From: Blastocystis sp. Blastoise
Lineage: Eukaryota; Protista; Bigyra: Opalinata
Length of the DNA stretch: 64,000 nt
Assembly: GCA_039096225.1 (NCBI GenBank)
Contig: JBBPEB010000015.1
Span: forward strand, 1,674,001-1,738,000
Reading direction: 5' to 3'
The notes under the pieces are model-generated. The model ran no database searches. It was not told where the DNA came from and saw only the letters and a list, made by a program, of their open reading frames with translations. Each line of letters starts with the position of its first letter. Position 1 is the stretch's first letter. Both the position numbers and the translations under genes were made by a program. This document shows, piece by piece, positions 14,501 through 28,499 of the stretch.

Positions 14501-17500
14501 TCTAATTTAACTTTATTTTCTTCTTTATTTTGATCTAAAGAAATCAATTCATCTTCTTTATTATTTAATATATTATCATATTCTTCTATTTGCTTCTTAT
14601 TATTATCAATAATATTTTCTAATTGTTGATTCTCTTCTTCTTTCTTATGAAGATCTTCAGATAATATATTATTCTTATTCTTTAAATCTTCAATCTGTTC
14701 TTTATATTGATTGATTTCATTATTATTATCTTCAATCTGTTCTTTATATTGATTGATTTCATTATTAGTCTCTTCAATTTTCTTCTCTAATAACTCAATT
14801 TCTTTCTCTTTATTCATAACAATCTCTTCTAAATTATTTATTTGATCTTTATTCTCTTCTAATTCTTTTTGTAAGTGATCTATCTTATCTCTACATTTAT
14901 CTAAAGAGTCTTGTAATTCATTTATAATATTCTTATTCTCTTCAATTATCTTATTTAATTCATCTATTTTATGATCTTTCTCTTTATTTTGAGTATTTAT
15001 CATTAAAACTTGTTTATCAGTAGCTGATAACTCATCTTCTTTATCATTTAATATACTATCATATTCATTCAATTGATTCTTTAATTGATCATTTTCTTCT
15101 TTTAATTGTTGAGCCTTCTCTTCATATACTTTACAAATCTCTATATTCTTATTATTAATATCATTCTTCTCTTGTATAGTTTCTTCTTGCAATTTTTCTA
15201 ATTGAATTTTTTCTTCTTGTAAATGTTTTATTTGTTCTTCTTCTTGTTGAATAGTATTCTTTAAGGATTTCATTTCTTCTTCTTCTTTTTCTTTTTCTTG
15301 AATTGTTTCTTCTTGAAGTTTCTCTAATTGAGAATACTGTTCTTCTAATTCTTGATAATCACTTATTTTCTTTTCCATATCTTTCTTTATCATTTCACTC
15401 TCTTTTTGTAATATAGACATTTTTTCTAATTCTTCTTTATATTCTTTTTCTTTTCCTTCTAATTCTTCAATAGATTCTTTTAATTTATCATTATCTTTTT
15501 GGAATCGTTTCATTTCTTCTTCTTTATTCAATAATTCTTCTTTTGAATTTGACTCTAATTGATTAATCAATTTCTCTTTTTCTTGAATTTGATTTTGAAG
15601 TGATTGTATTTCATTCTCTTTCAATTTATTCTCTTCAGATAAATCATTCATTGATTTCTTTTGTTCTTCAATACTTTTCAATAATTCTTCTTTTTCTTTT
15701 TGTAATTGTTCTATCCTATTATTATTATCTTGTATTTTCTTTAATAACTCTTCTTTTTCTTTTTGAACTAACTGAATTTCTTCTTCATATTCATTTAATT
15801 TCTTAGCTATATTTGAATTCTTTTCTTCTTCTTGATTTATATTGGATGATAATTGTTCGATAGAATTCGATTTATCTTCAAGTTCTTTATTCATAACATT
15901 ATTATTATCTTCTAATTGTTTTATTTGTTCTTCTAATTCATTTATCTTTATACAATTATTATTATTAGTATCTTCTAATTGTTTTATTTGTTCTTCTAAT
16001 TCATTTATCTTTATACAATTATTATTATTAGTATCTTCTAATAATTTAGATTCTTCCTCCAATTCATTTATCTTCAAGCAATTATTATTATTAGTATCTT
16101 CTAATACTTTATATTCTTCTTCTTTTGAAGATAATAATTGATTTAATTGATCAACTTGTTCTTTATAATTTCTCATTTCTTTTTGTAAATTTAAACATTG
16201 TTTTTCAGATAAACCTTTTTGCTCATATATATCTTTTAATTTATTTTCAGAATCTTTTAATTGATTTTCTAAATTATTTACTTGATTCTTTAATATTTCT
16301 TTTTCATTTAAAGTTTCTTCTAATTCTTTTTCTAATTTTTCAATTTCTTCGTGAAGTTTCTTTATCATTTTTTCATAATTCTCTTCTTTTATTTGATAAT
16401 CATGTTCTATATCTTCTTTTTCTTTCTTTACTTTATTTAATTCATTAATAGCATTCACTAAATCATTATGATATGTATTTTTTTCATCACTTAAAACTTT
16501 ATTTTCATCATTTAATAATATATATTTTTGTTTTTGTTCTTCTATTTCTTTCTGTTTTGATTGTAAATCTTCTAATTGTTCATTATATTTCTTTATTAAA
16601 GCTTCACTTTCAGCTATTTGTTTCTTTGCTTCATCTTCCATTAATTGCTTTTCTTTTATCATCGATTCTAACTGATTCTTTTTCTCTATAACACGATTCT
16701 TCCAATCATTTGTTTCTAATTCTTTTAATTTTAATTTATCTGAAGTTTCTCTTAAATTATTTTTTAAATCATAATTTTCACGTATTAAATCTTCATTTTT
16801 ATGTACTTTTTCAGATAATACTTGTTTTTGTTTTTCATATTCTTCTTTTAAATGATCATTTCGACCATCAGAATCAATTAAATCTTTTGCTTGTTCTTCA
16901 TAGGCTACTTTTAATGCTAAATAAGAAGCTTGTTGACCTTCATAAGCTTCATTCTTTTCTTTTTCTTCTTTTAATTCATTCTCAAGTTTAGTATATTCAG
17001 AATTTAATAATTCATTATTTGATTTTAAATTCTCATTTTCATTAGCAAGATCTTGAATTAATTTTTGTAATTCACGTTGTTTTTTCATTAATTCTTCAAA
17101 ATTATCATCATAAGATTTTAATTTTTCATTACATTCTTTTTGAATATTTTCTTTTTCTTCTTTTAATGCTAATACTTGAGTTTCATCAACTGTAGGATTT
17201 AGTTTTTCTTGATGTTTTTCTAAACGTTTCTCAGCTTCTTTCAGTAATCGATTCAGTTCATCTCCTGCAATCATATTTTCTTGTGCTTGTTTTAAATCCT
17301 TTTCATTTGATTTTATGTCAGAATTAATTTGTTTTATTTCATTCGATAAATCAGTAATATGATCTATATTTTGTTGTTTCATAATTTCTGCTGAATATTG
17401 ACGAAGATTATCTGTATAATCATTATTCTTTATATTTCTTTCTTTCTTCTTTTCTTCTATTTGTTGATATAATTCTTGAATTTGATTCTTCTTTGCTAAT

Positions 17501-18768
17501 ATATATGCATTGATATCTTTAGATATATCATCACTTTGTTTTATTAATGTATCTTGAATATTCTTTCGAGTTTTAAATACTTCATCTGAATTCCTATATA
17601 GAATATATATATATAGATAGAATAATAAAAAGAATAGAATTATAATAAAGAATAGAATTATAATAAAGAATAGAATAATAATAAAGAATAGAATTATAAT
17701 AAAGAATAGAATTATAATAAAATACTTTAATTCTGATTCTATATTAATTATAATATGATTTGTTTTCTTTGATAATTCTTGTAAATCTTCTATAGATTTT
17801 GTATTATTCATAAATATTTTCATTCGATCTTGAATAGAAGGACCATCATCAAAATAAGAACTTACTGTTGATAATTGATCTTCTAAATCAACTTTCTCTC
17901 TAAATGATGTTATTATTTATATATATGTGATCATAATAAATGAAATAATATATAACGAAATATAAATATAATATTATATATTAATAGAATACTATATATA
18001 CTCAATTAATTGAAGAAGACGATCTTGATATTCATTTAATAAATTCATATCATTATTATCAACAGTTTTAACCTTTGCACTATATTATTTTAATATAGAT
18101 TTATATAAATAAAATAATAAATAATAATAAACATAATAATAATAAATATAATAATAAACATAATAATAATAAACATAATAATAATATATATATACAGTTC
18201 AGGAGCCATAGAATGTAAGAAAACAATACCTTGTTCACTTCCATCATCAATTTCTTGACTCTTGGAAATAGCTTCTGCAAAATCAACATATTTATCACCA
18301 AACATATCTATAGCTTCACCTGTTTGGAAATCAAAGGATAAATCGAAAGATTTTGCATGATTTATAAAAAATTCCATAAAACGATTACGAGCACGAATCA
18401 ACTCTCTAAAAAGAAATATATATTATATATATATCTCATATTATATTTTCGAATATATATAAAAAAAATATTTATATATCGAATGAGAAAACATAACATA
18501 ATATTAATTTTGAAATACTTATCCTTAAGTTCTGCTATCTCTCTTTGCTCCTTAAGATCCTTTTGAGTTCGATCTAATTGTTTTGTAAGTGTTACCTTCT
18601 CACTTCTTAACAATGAAATTGTACTAAATACATAGGCAACAAATTAATAAGTAACTAAAAACGTACTCGTATACTATAGAAAAGAAAAATGAATCTTATA
18701 ATTCATATAAAAATATTTAAAAAGAAGCAGATCTATTGATATATACATTTTGATTTATCAGCATCCAT
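11001..18768 (-). CDS. Giant coiled-coil protein (~2000 aa) with a C-terminal helical, possibly ARM-like, domain (multi-exon)
   Basis: Exons join in frame from MDADKSK (18768) through ORFs 18090-18401, 14017-17823, 13127-14029, 12919-13158 and 11480-11965 to ...SSIQQL* (11001). All introns are GT-AG. Confidence 0.8.
15895..16110 (-). repeat. 63-bp (21-aa) coding tandem repeat, about 3.3 copies
   Basis: LEDTNNNNC(L/I)KINELEE(Q/E)... is repeated in the coiled-coil exon. Confidence 0.8.
18667..18673 (-). other. 7-nt microexon (TATACGA)
   Basis: Flanked by tctatag| and |gtacgt. It is needed to keep exon 1 (phase 1) in frame with the next exon, giving MDADKSK-LYD-TISLLRSEK. Confidence 0.7.
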
Positions 18769-18990
18769 AATTCTACTACTTTTGAATTATTTATGGAGAT
18801 AGATATAAGAAAAAATTTAAATGTATTTTTTGAAAAAAAGAAAACGTATGCATAGACTGAACAGGGACTTTTTTGTTTTTTCCCTTTCTTATACTATTTC
18901 CCCACGGTTTTTCAATTAATTGTTAAATTATTGAATCACTTGTTTCTTCTTAATCTTTAGATATCTTCAGAAAATTAAGAGATATAAGAG

Positions 18991-21900
18991 ATGCCTACAA
19001 TAAATGTTCATTGTTCTACAAATCCAATAAATTCAGAAAACATTATTTATGTCAATGGAAAGAAACCTAGCGTCAATTCATCAAGACTAGTCCTTCTTTC
19101 AATAAGAGAGCAACAAGATGAAGATGCTACGAAACAAATAATTCTATTCAAACCAATAATTAAGGAATCTATTCCTGATTCTTATGCTTTCATTGAGACC
19201 TTTCACGAGTATGATATTAAAGATGGAGAATATGAAGTTCAAATAATTCCAAAGTATTCCGTTCCTGTGTATAAGTCTGCTCTAGTTGTAGTAGATAGCA
19301 TTGAATTAGGAAGTTCATTAGATATGACACATTTTCTTCATGATCAATTATTAAATCGTATTGTTAAACAAAGAGATGTAGTGAAACTAAATACATTACA
19401 AGGAAAATCAATAACTGTTGATATCTATTGCCATTCATTTAAACAATTGTAAACTATATAGTTATTATTCTATATAATATGAACCTATATTTTGAAAATA
19501 ATAATTATATATATATATAGATCTAATAATGATATTTATTCATATGGTGTTATTAGTAAATCAACATATATATATTATTCTAAGAATGTTCTTTCTTCAA
19601 AATCTCATTCTTCTCTTTCTATTTCTGTTCCTTCTTCTTCTTTATCTGCTATATCTACGAAAACAGAGCCATTATTTATAAATACTTTATCGATACAAAG
19701 ATTATATAATACTTTAGATTGGAATTGTGAATTATATAAAAAATCTGATTCTTTAATTATATCTGTAAGTTTTATTTTGTTATTATATACTCTTTTTATT
19801 TATTATGTTTTTTTAAATGTTTTTTATACATTTAGTTTATTTTATATTAAAATAATAATTATTAATTATTAATTATTAACTAGTATTATTAATTATATAA
19901 TTATAATTATATACTCTATATAATCAATGCTTTTTTTAAAATTCTATATATCTATATAGTCAACGAATAGTCTATTATTATATGGACCTCCAGGAACAGG
20001 AAAACAATATAGTATTGAACATTATTTTGAAAAGAAATCAATTCCCGTGGTTAAAGTGGATCCTTGGGAATTAGCTGTTCAATATGGAAAAGATATATAT
20101 ATAGGTCTTCAAAATATATATCGTCAATTATCTCAATTTAATTATTCTGTATATATATATACTTATTATAATGAATATTAGTTTATAATAAATATATTTA
20201 GATTTTACTTATAAAACCCTTAGAGAGTTTTTTCCCTCGTTTATCGTCTGAAATTGATCTGAATTCAGGTGAAGATGATGAATTCGATAATTCTGATAAT
20301 TATAAACGTCAATATATGGAATATATTGAATTCATATTAAAAGATATTCAAACAAAAAATAATATATGTATATATCTAGTTGTTTTCGCAAAATATTATA
20401 TATACTATATATATAGGTATAATAGCTATATCAAGTAATATTTCTTCTGTGTCTCCATCAATTATCAAATACTTTGAAGAAAAGGTATATATATGTGGTT
20501 ATTCATATTTATATATTTATTCTTATATATGTATGATTCATTAAGTATTATTTATATATATTATTATCTATATATCTATATATTTATATTAATAGATTGA
20601 ATTTTTCCTTCCAAATACTGAAGAAACTTTATCCTTTTATACTTATATAAATAAATTATTTCCTTCTTCATTAAATACTCAAGATATACAATTCTTATCA
20701 AGATATACGTATATATGTATATAATATAATAATACTATATTTATATATATATTATAGACATAATTATACTTATCGAGATATATATACATTATATTCAACT
20801 ACATATATAAATAAACAAATTCAAATATCTTCTTCTTCTTCTTCTTCTTCTTCTTCTTCTTCTTCTTCTTCTCTTCTATCCCTTCATGATATTCAACAAA
20901 CATTATATACATATAAACCAGATATTCAATTACTTTCTAATTATAATTTAGATATATCTATACCTCGGAATGATTGGTCAACTATGGGAGGAATGAAAAC
21001 AGTCAAACAAATACTAGAAGAAAGCGTTTTATATCCTATTCTATATAAAGAAGTAAGTATACTATATATGTGTATATTTATTTATTTATTTATTTCATTT
21101 TATAATATATATTTATATAAGAATAATATGTTTATTCTAATTATTTATTTTTTTTTATAGTTATATTCTTATTTTAATATATTTCCTCCCACGGGTATAT
21201 TATTATATGGTCCTCCTGGTGTTGGAAAAACCGCGATTATTAAAGGTTTAGCAAATCGTTGTGGATATAATTTTATTAACGTTCAAATGAATAGTATTGT
21301 AGAGAAAGAAGTTGGTGGGAGTGAATTGAAATTAAGAGAATTATTTAAAAGAGCTATTCTATCTAGGTATATATATATTAAGTTAAAGAAATGTTTTAAT
21401 ACAAATATCATATATGATGATTTGAGATTTATATAGAGTATCTATATAATAAAAGAAATTCTATGTTTTTTAGATAAATATTATGAAAATACTATTAAAC
21501 TATATTCTATATTTTAATACAATTTATAGTCCATGTATTTTATTTTTTGATGAAATTCAATCGATATTTTCGTCACGTGATTCTTCCGGTAACGGTTCCA
21601 AACAACTCATTTCTCAATTACTTTTACAATTTGATGAATTAAATACAATTCAAAGAAATAATAATCATTCAAAGAAAAGTATATTAACATAAATGCTTCT
21701 ATTGTTTATATATTTATTATTTAAAAATATATATATATTTATATTCTATTTATTATATAGATAATCATGTTCTAGTTATTGGCAACACAAATTGTCCATG
21801 GGTATATATATATATATATATTAAATAATAACAGTTTTAATTATTATATATTTATAGTTAATTGACCCTTCCTTATTACGTCCAGGAAGATTTGATAAAT

Positions 21901-22092
21901 ATATTTATATATATATTAATCATAGTTGTTATTTTAATTAATATATATATTTATATTGATCTTCCAAATGAAGAAGAAAGAGAAGATATTTTATATATAT
22001 ATTTAAAAGATTATAATCATGATTCTATCAATTTTAAAGAATTATCACAACGTATATATATATATTTAAGATATATATAATTCCTTTTCATT

Positions 22093-22124
<32 letters not shown>

Positions 22125-22372
22125 TATATATAGATTTAGAAGGTTTTTCAGGTGCTGATATATCTTATCTTTGTAGGAATAGCATCCTCTATTGTATTCA
22201 TCATCAACTTGTATATTTATTTTTATGTACTATAATAATAATAAATAATATAAATAATATATGAATCCTATAGCCATCCATAACTATGGAGATAATTGAG
22301 AACTCGTTGAAGGATGTCATTCCATCAACAAATAAAGATGAAATAATGAAATTAAAAACATGGAAACCTTAA
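18991..22372 (+). CDS. Cdc48/AFG2/PEX1-6-class double-AAA+ ATPase with degenerate D1 and intact D2
   Basis: D1 has LLYGPPGTGKQ but no Walker B acids. D2 has GILLYGPPGVGKT, ILFFDEIQ, TN-PW-IDPSLLRPGRFD and EGFSGADI. About 12 introns; stop at 22370-22372. Confidence 0.85.
21901..21946 (+). other. Non-canonical 46-nt AT-AT intron (degenerate U12-like); exact register ambiguous
   Basis: Unspliced, RPGRFDK runs into a TAA and a frameshift. Removing 46 nt restores RPGRFDKYIYIDLPNEEER. No usable GT-AG pair; TTTTAAT lies 8 nt before the 3' end. Confidence 0.6.
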
Positions 22373-22929
22373 AGATTTAGAATTATCCTTTTTACTTGCG
22401 GGTATCGTATACTTGGCTTGAGTTGCAATCGAATATATATATTAAATTGATTTAAATGTTTTGTTTTTGTTCAATTTTGTGAATTTGAAGAACTAAAAAG
22501 AATCGATCAAGAAAATGATTCATTCTGATATTATTATCTGATTATTGTAATGATCAGTGATTGATAGAACGATCGTTTATGGTAATTTGAATATTATTGT
22601 TATAACGAAATGGTATAGAACGAAAAACATTCAACTTAATAAACAGAAATATCAATGACAACACTCTTGATGATAAAAAAAGATTCATTATATTATCATA
22701 GCATTAAAAAAGATCAGTTGAATACAATAATGAAAATAAAAATTTTCCTGGAAAAATGGAAAATCAAAGAAAAAAGCAATTCCAATAAACTGGACATCAT
22801 TCCTTTTTTCAAAATAAAAAGGAAATTAAAAAAGAAAACAGAAGTGATTCACTATAGAGAGTGAAAACGTCTTTAAATAGCTTCATTATTGTTTAATTCA
22901 AATAAATTTAATTATAAGGTTGTTTTATA

Positions 22930-25543
22930 ATGGAGAAAGACTACGATGAGAATGAGGAAACTCCTATTCCAGAGGATATAATTCCTAATTTTGAGCCTTT
23001 TGAAGATGCTTTGCTTCATGATAATGTTGAAAGTGTATGTGCATAGTATTTCAATCATGATTATGGTTATAAATAGTTATTAAATTTATTGAATGGCGAT
23101 CCATTGGCTGTATCTACCTTATTTTACAAAGGTGATTCTATTTTACATTATGTATATATATCTATGATTAAATTAAATAATTGTTAATAATTAAATATCT
23201 GTTTATAGGCTTGTCGTTACAATTCAAAGGATATTTTACATCGATTATTAGAGTCTGGTGTAAAGCCTGATATAAGGAATGAAAATCATCTCGAACCAAT
23301 TCATGTAGCTGCTATGAAAGGAAATGTTGTTCTAAGTAATTGACATTGTTCAAAGTTAAATATAGTATATTTATATAGTGAATGATTTAATTAATCATGG
23401 TGCATCTATACTTGCTAGAGATGACAAAGGATCATCTCCAATTCATTATGCTGTTCAATCTGGTATTTTTTTATTGTGTTTTTTTTTCAAAATGTAAATA
23501 TAATAATTGTCTATTCATATATATTATATAGGTAGTTTAAGTGTAATATATTTATTAATGCAAAAAGGATGTACTTTACAAGAACGTGATTATAAAGGTA
23601 AAACACCTATTATGATAGCTGCAAAATATGATCAACTTATTGTATATATAATATTATTATTCTTATTATTTTATTTTATTTTATGTGTTTATTATGGTTT
23701 TCTTATATATATATATATATAATAATAATTATTATGATTATAAAGGCATTTGATTGGTTGATTGAGCACCATGCACGTATCTTAGATCAAGATAGTGAAG
23801 GAAACACAGTACTACATTGTGCTGTCGATTGTGGTAGCGAAAGTATATATTTGTATTTATAATTATATATAGAAGGATATATACTATAATTAATAAAATC
23901 ATATTTTAATAAATAATATTAATATATATATATATATAGGTATTATTAAGAGTATATTAGATAATATATATGGAAAACAATTAACGAGAACTGTTAATTT
24001 TAGAATGCAAACCCCTTTACAGGTATTTACATATATATATATAAAACATATAATTTCAATCTATATACATGAAGATTTTTCTACATATTATTATAATATA
24101 TATAAAAACATATAATTTCAATCTATATACATGAATATTTTTCTACATATTATTATAATATATATAAAAGCATATAATTTCAATCTTTATAAATAAACTT
24201 TAATATATATATATATAGTTAGCTCAGAAGAAAACGGAGAGAGCAACCTATGATGTTTTAAAATATAAAAAGATATGTAATTATTTATATCGATTTACAT
24301 ATCATGGTATATATGCTACAATATATCGTTATATACAAACACATACAGCTATTCTGTTATTTCCTTTATTTGGAATATATGGATTATATATACATTTTCA
24401 TTATATATTACCTTCAATGATGGATACTTCTTTATTTTATTTATATATATTCATTACTATAATAACATTATCCTTATGGATATATTTGGTGTTTTCGGAT
24501 CCTGGTACTATTCTTGATAAACATCAAAATCCAAATCCAAAAGTGAATCATTCCCAGGATTATCGTACATGTTTTGAAGAAATAATGAATGGTCAATCTC
24601 GTGAAACTCGATTATTATGTCCAAGTTGTCGAATAGAAAGACCCAGAAGATCCAAACATTGTAATCAATGCAGAAATTGTATACTAAAAATGGATCATCA
24701 TTGTAGGTTTATATTATATTTATATTTTATTATTATGTTTATTATGCTTATTATTATGTTTATTATTATATTTATTATTATGTTTATTATGCTTATATTT
24801 TATTATATTTATATTTATTATTATATTATATTTTATTATGTTTATTATGTTTATTATTATATATATATAGGTCCATGGATTAATAATTGTGTAGGAAAAA
24901 GAAAATATCCTTTACATATATATATATTAAATATATATATATATTAAATATAAATCATGAATAATAAAATGAATGTCTTTAATAATATATTCATCGTCAA
25001 TTCTTAGTCTTCTTAGTATCTTGTGCATTATACTTATGTTTATCTTATTATATGCTCTATATATTTATGGAAAAGAATTCATTTCCTACTGTAGGTAATA
25101 ATAACGATATACAAACTGATATTCTTATTTTTATGTTTTATTATATTAATGCAGCATGGCTACTTGCGTATATATATATATAAATATATTTAATATATAT
25201 TAAATAATAAATATGTATAATAATAATCAATGCGAATCTATATTCTATTATATATCTAGTTATTGTATTTATTTATTATTCTTTCAAATTATACAAATAA
25301 GTCGAAATATCACTACAAATGAAACTATTAATTGGAGACATTATTCATATTTATTAATTAATGTATATATATATATAATTGTAATTTATAAATAAACTAT
25401 ATATGTTTATACTATTCTTTTCTTTATATCATTACTATATATAGGGTCGTTCATTTCATAATCCTTATGATAATGGTTTCTTTTGGAATTGGATCGATTT
25501 CTGGGGACTCTCAAGACATAATTATGAACTTATATCAACTTAA
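22930..25543 (+). CDS. Ankyrin-repeat DHHC palmitoyltransferase (Akr1/ZDHHC17-like)
   Basis: Ankyrin exons (SILHYACR, EPIHVAAMKG, SPIHYAVQSG, TPIMIAAK, TVLHCAV), then [37 protein letters not shown], TTNE and NPYDNG motifs. Confidence 0.92.
24035..24190 (+). repeat. Intronic tandem repeat, about 61 bp x 2.5
   Basis: ataaaacatataatttcaatctatatacatgaa...ttttctacatattattataatatat is repeated. Confidence 0.7.
24905..24990 (+). other. U12-type intron with AT-AT termini in DHHC gene
   Basis: Perfect donor ATATCCTTT and branch TCTTTAAT followed by AATATAT. Removal restores the conserved NCVGKR-NHRQF. Confidence 0.85.
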
Positions 25544-26099
25544 ATTATATAGATATATTCATTCTATAAGTCATTCTTTATATATATAAATTATATATTA
25601 TTTTTCATTAAAGTAAAATAGTTCATTTTTTTCATAAATAATTATATCTGTTGATATTTTTTTTTATTATTTTCTAAATATATAATTATTTATAAATATT
25701 ATGTTGCTCATTATATAGTATATATAGTGTTTTTAAATTCTTATTCTTTTTATTATTTTTTTAATATTTCTCTTCTAGTTTATTATAGATATATAAATAT
25801 TTTCTTTTATGAGTATTCAATTGTATATATTTTGAAGTGTATATTTTTTAAAATTTTGTTTAAAATGAATAGGATATTTTTAAATTAAATTCAATTATTA
25901 ACTACTTTATATTAATTAAAAAATTATATTTTTGTTTATACATAATATATAATGGATAGTAAATTAATTTTATATATCCTGATTATAATAAGAATTATAA
26001 TTTCAAAGTATATTTATGATTGTAACAAAATATAGTTTTAATACATATTATATAAATAGATATATATGATAAATAATTATATATAGAGATTTATTTGTG

Positions 26100-28052
26100 T
26101 TACTTTAATGTATGTCCATTTCCTTTAAATGCTTCTTCTCGTTTCTTTTGTTCAAATACATTTAATGGCTTTTTCTATTAATATTAATAATTAGTATATT
26201 AATAATAATAAATATATATAAATAATAAATATATAAAAAAAAATAAATATATAAAAAAAAATAAATATATTTAAAATAATAATATATTAAAAATAATAAG
26301 TATATTAATAATAATAGTAAATATATTAATAATAATAAATTAATAATAATAAATACTAGTAACCGACTAGACATAGTTCCTCTATTTTGACTACTACCTA
26401 ATGTATTACCCGTTGATGAAGAAGTAATAGTAGCATTATTAGTATTATTCCCATTAGTAGCAGTAGATAAAGAATGAGAAATTGGTTTACCATCTAATCG
26501 TTGACCTGAACCAACAGATTCCCATGTAAATGATGGCTTTGCAAAACGACTTATTGGACCTAAATAAGTTATGAATATATATATATATATATATAATATA
26601 ATGATTATGATTATTTTATTCTATAATAATTAACGATAATAATAATAAAAATAATAAATCAAATAATAATAAAAAAAAAATAATAAATCAAATAATAAAT
26701 CAAATAATAATAAAAAAGAATAATAATTATAAATATAATAATAAGCATACGTTTCTTATGTTCTTCTGATTCTTCATTTTGTTCTGTAAAATGTGTATCG
26801 ATGTCAGATATAGCTCCTGTCATAGAAGGAGGCATAGGAGAAGAAGGAGTAGATCCAGTAGGAGTGGATTGAGGTGTATATTTTGGACTAAATAATATAT
26901 ATATAATAGTTATTTTATACAATAATATATAGTATAAAAATAAAATGCACTATTTATGAATAATAGTATATATATAATTTATATAATGTGAAAAATAAAT
27001 AAACAAATATATTCATAACACTTTTATTTATAGTTATATACGTATTATCAGCTTCTTCAAATTCTATTTCTACATCTGTTTCTACTATACTACAAATATT
27101 AGCAGGTTTTAAATCTATAATTTGTAATATATAATTCTTATTATTATAACTAATTTGATAATAATCGTTCTTTTGTGCTACTGTATAAGTTACAAGTATA
27201 TGTTCTAATCTATATATATATTATCAATAATAATATTTAAACTATATATCTAGATATCTAAAAAACATAATAAATAATATATCCTATATAATTTAATCTA
27301 AATATATAAATATACACAGCTTTAGGATTTGATAAATTTAAGAATTCATAAGTATTTGGTTTTAATTTAATAAAAGTAGCTTTTGGAGGACTAATATTTG
27401 TAACTATAATCATTCCATCAGATGTAATACGAAGCTTTTTATACATCTAGATATATATTAATAATAATAGATAATAATAATATAATAATAATAATAATAA
27501 TATAATAATAATATAATAAGAATAATAATATAATAAGAATAATATAATGAGAATAATAAAAAAACATAATAAATATTAAGAAAAAAAATACCCATGTAGG
27601 AATATAACAAATATTGTCAGGAGCACTAAATTCAAGAACACCACCACAAGTTTGATATTTATCAAAACGTATAGAAAAACATAAAGGCCATTGTACTTGC
27701 ATTTGAGCTATAAGAATAATCAAATTATACAGAAACTTAAATAGAAAACAACTTCAATTCTATGAAATATATTATTTACTTAATGTATTCAGATCACATG
27801 TAGGAAGTACAACTATATAAATAAGAAATAGTATGAAAGGAAACGAGACATTATTTACTTTTATCAGAATTCTCATTGGATTCATATTTAGTATTTTTAA
27901 ACGCATAAACTCGATAACTTCTCACAAATTTTCTATTCAAAAATAATGAAATGGGAATGAAAAATAGTATAAATTACTCTGGAATCAAAAAATTACCTAA
28001 GTGAAACTATAGATATGATAATTCTAGCTATAATCTAGTATACACATACCAT
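26100..28052 (-). CDS. UFD1: Ubiquitin fusion degradation protein UFD1
   Basis: Exons encode WPLCFSI, TCGGVLEFSAPDNICYIPTWM, PKATFIKLKP...FLNLSNPKAV and a C-terminal AFKGNGHTLK (SHP-like motif). ATG|GT start. Confidence 0.9.
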
Positions 28053-28499
28053 TGTATTAGTTAATTAATAGTTTCTATAGCAAAAAAACTTTATTAAGAA
28101 AGTCTTCAAAAAATCTATTGTTGTTAACAAAAAAACCGTGTTTTTATTTCTTTAGAAAAAAAAGTTCTTCTTCTAGTATTCTGTGGATCCATTATTATAT
28201 AATGATTAGATAATTAAATTATCCTATTCAAAATTTTATCAATAGTAATACACACTTAAATTTCATTTTTTAAATGAAAGTTCACAATTATTCACGCTTC
28301 ATTCGTTGAAAATTATTAATTTTGTTGTTTTAAAAGGGATGTAAATATTCAGAAAAACGTGAAGAATATAAAATGATTGTACCCAATTATAAACGAGAGT
28401 CATGACAGAAAAACAATGGTTAAAACGAAACAAGAGATGAACACACATATATAGAAATCTTTATAAAGACTAATCAATGACAAAGTGAAAAGAAACCAC

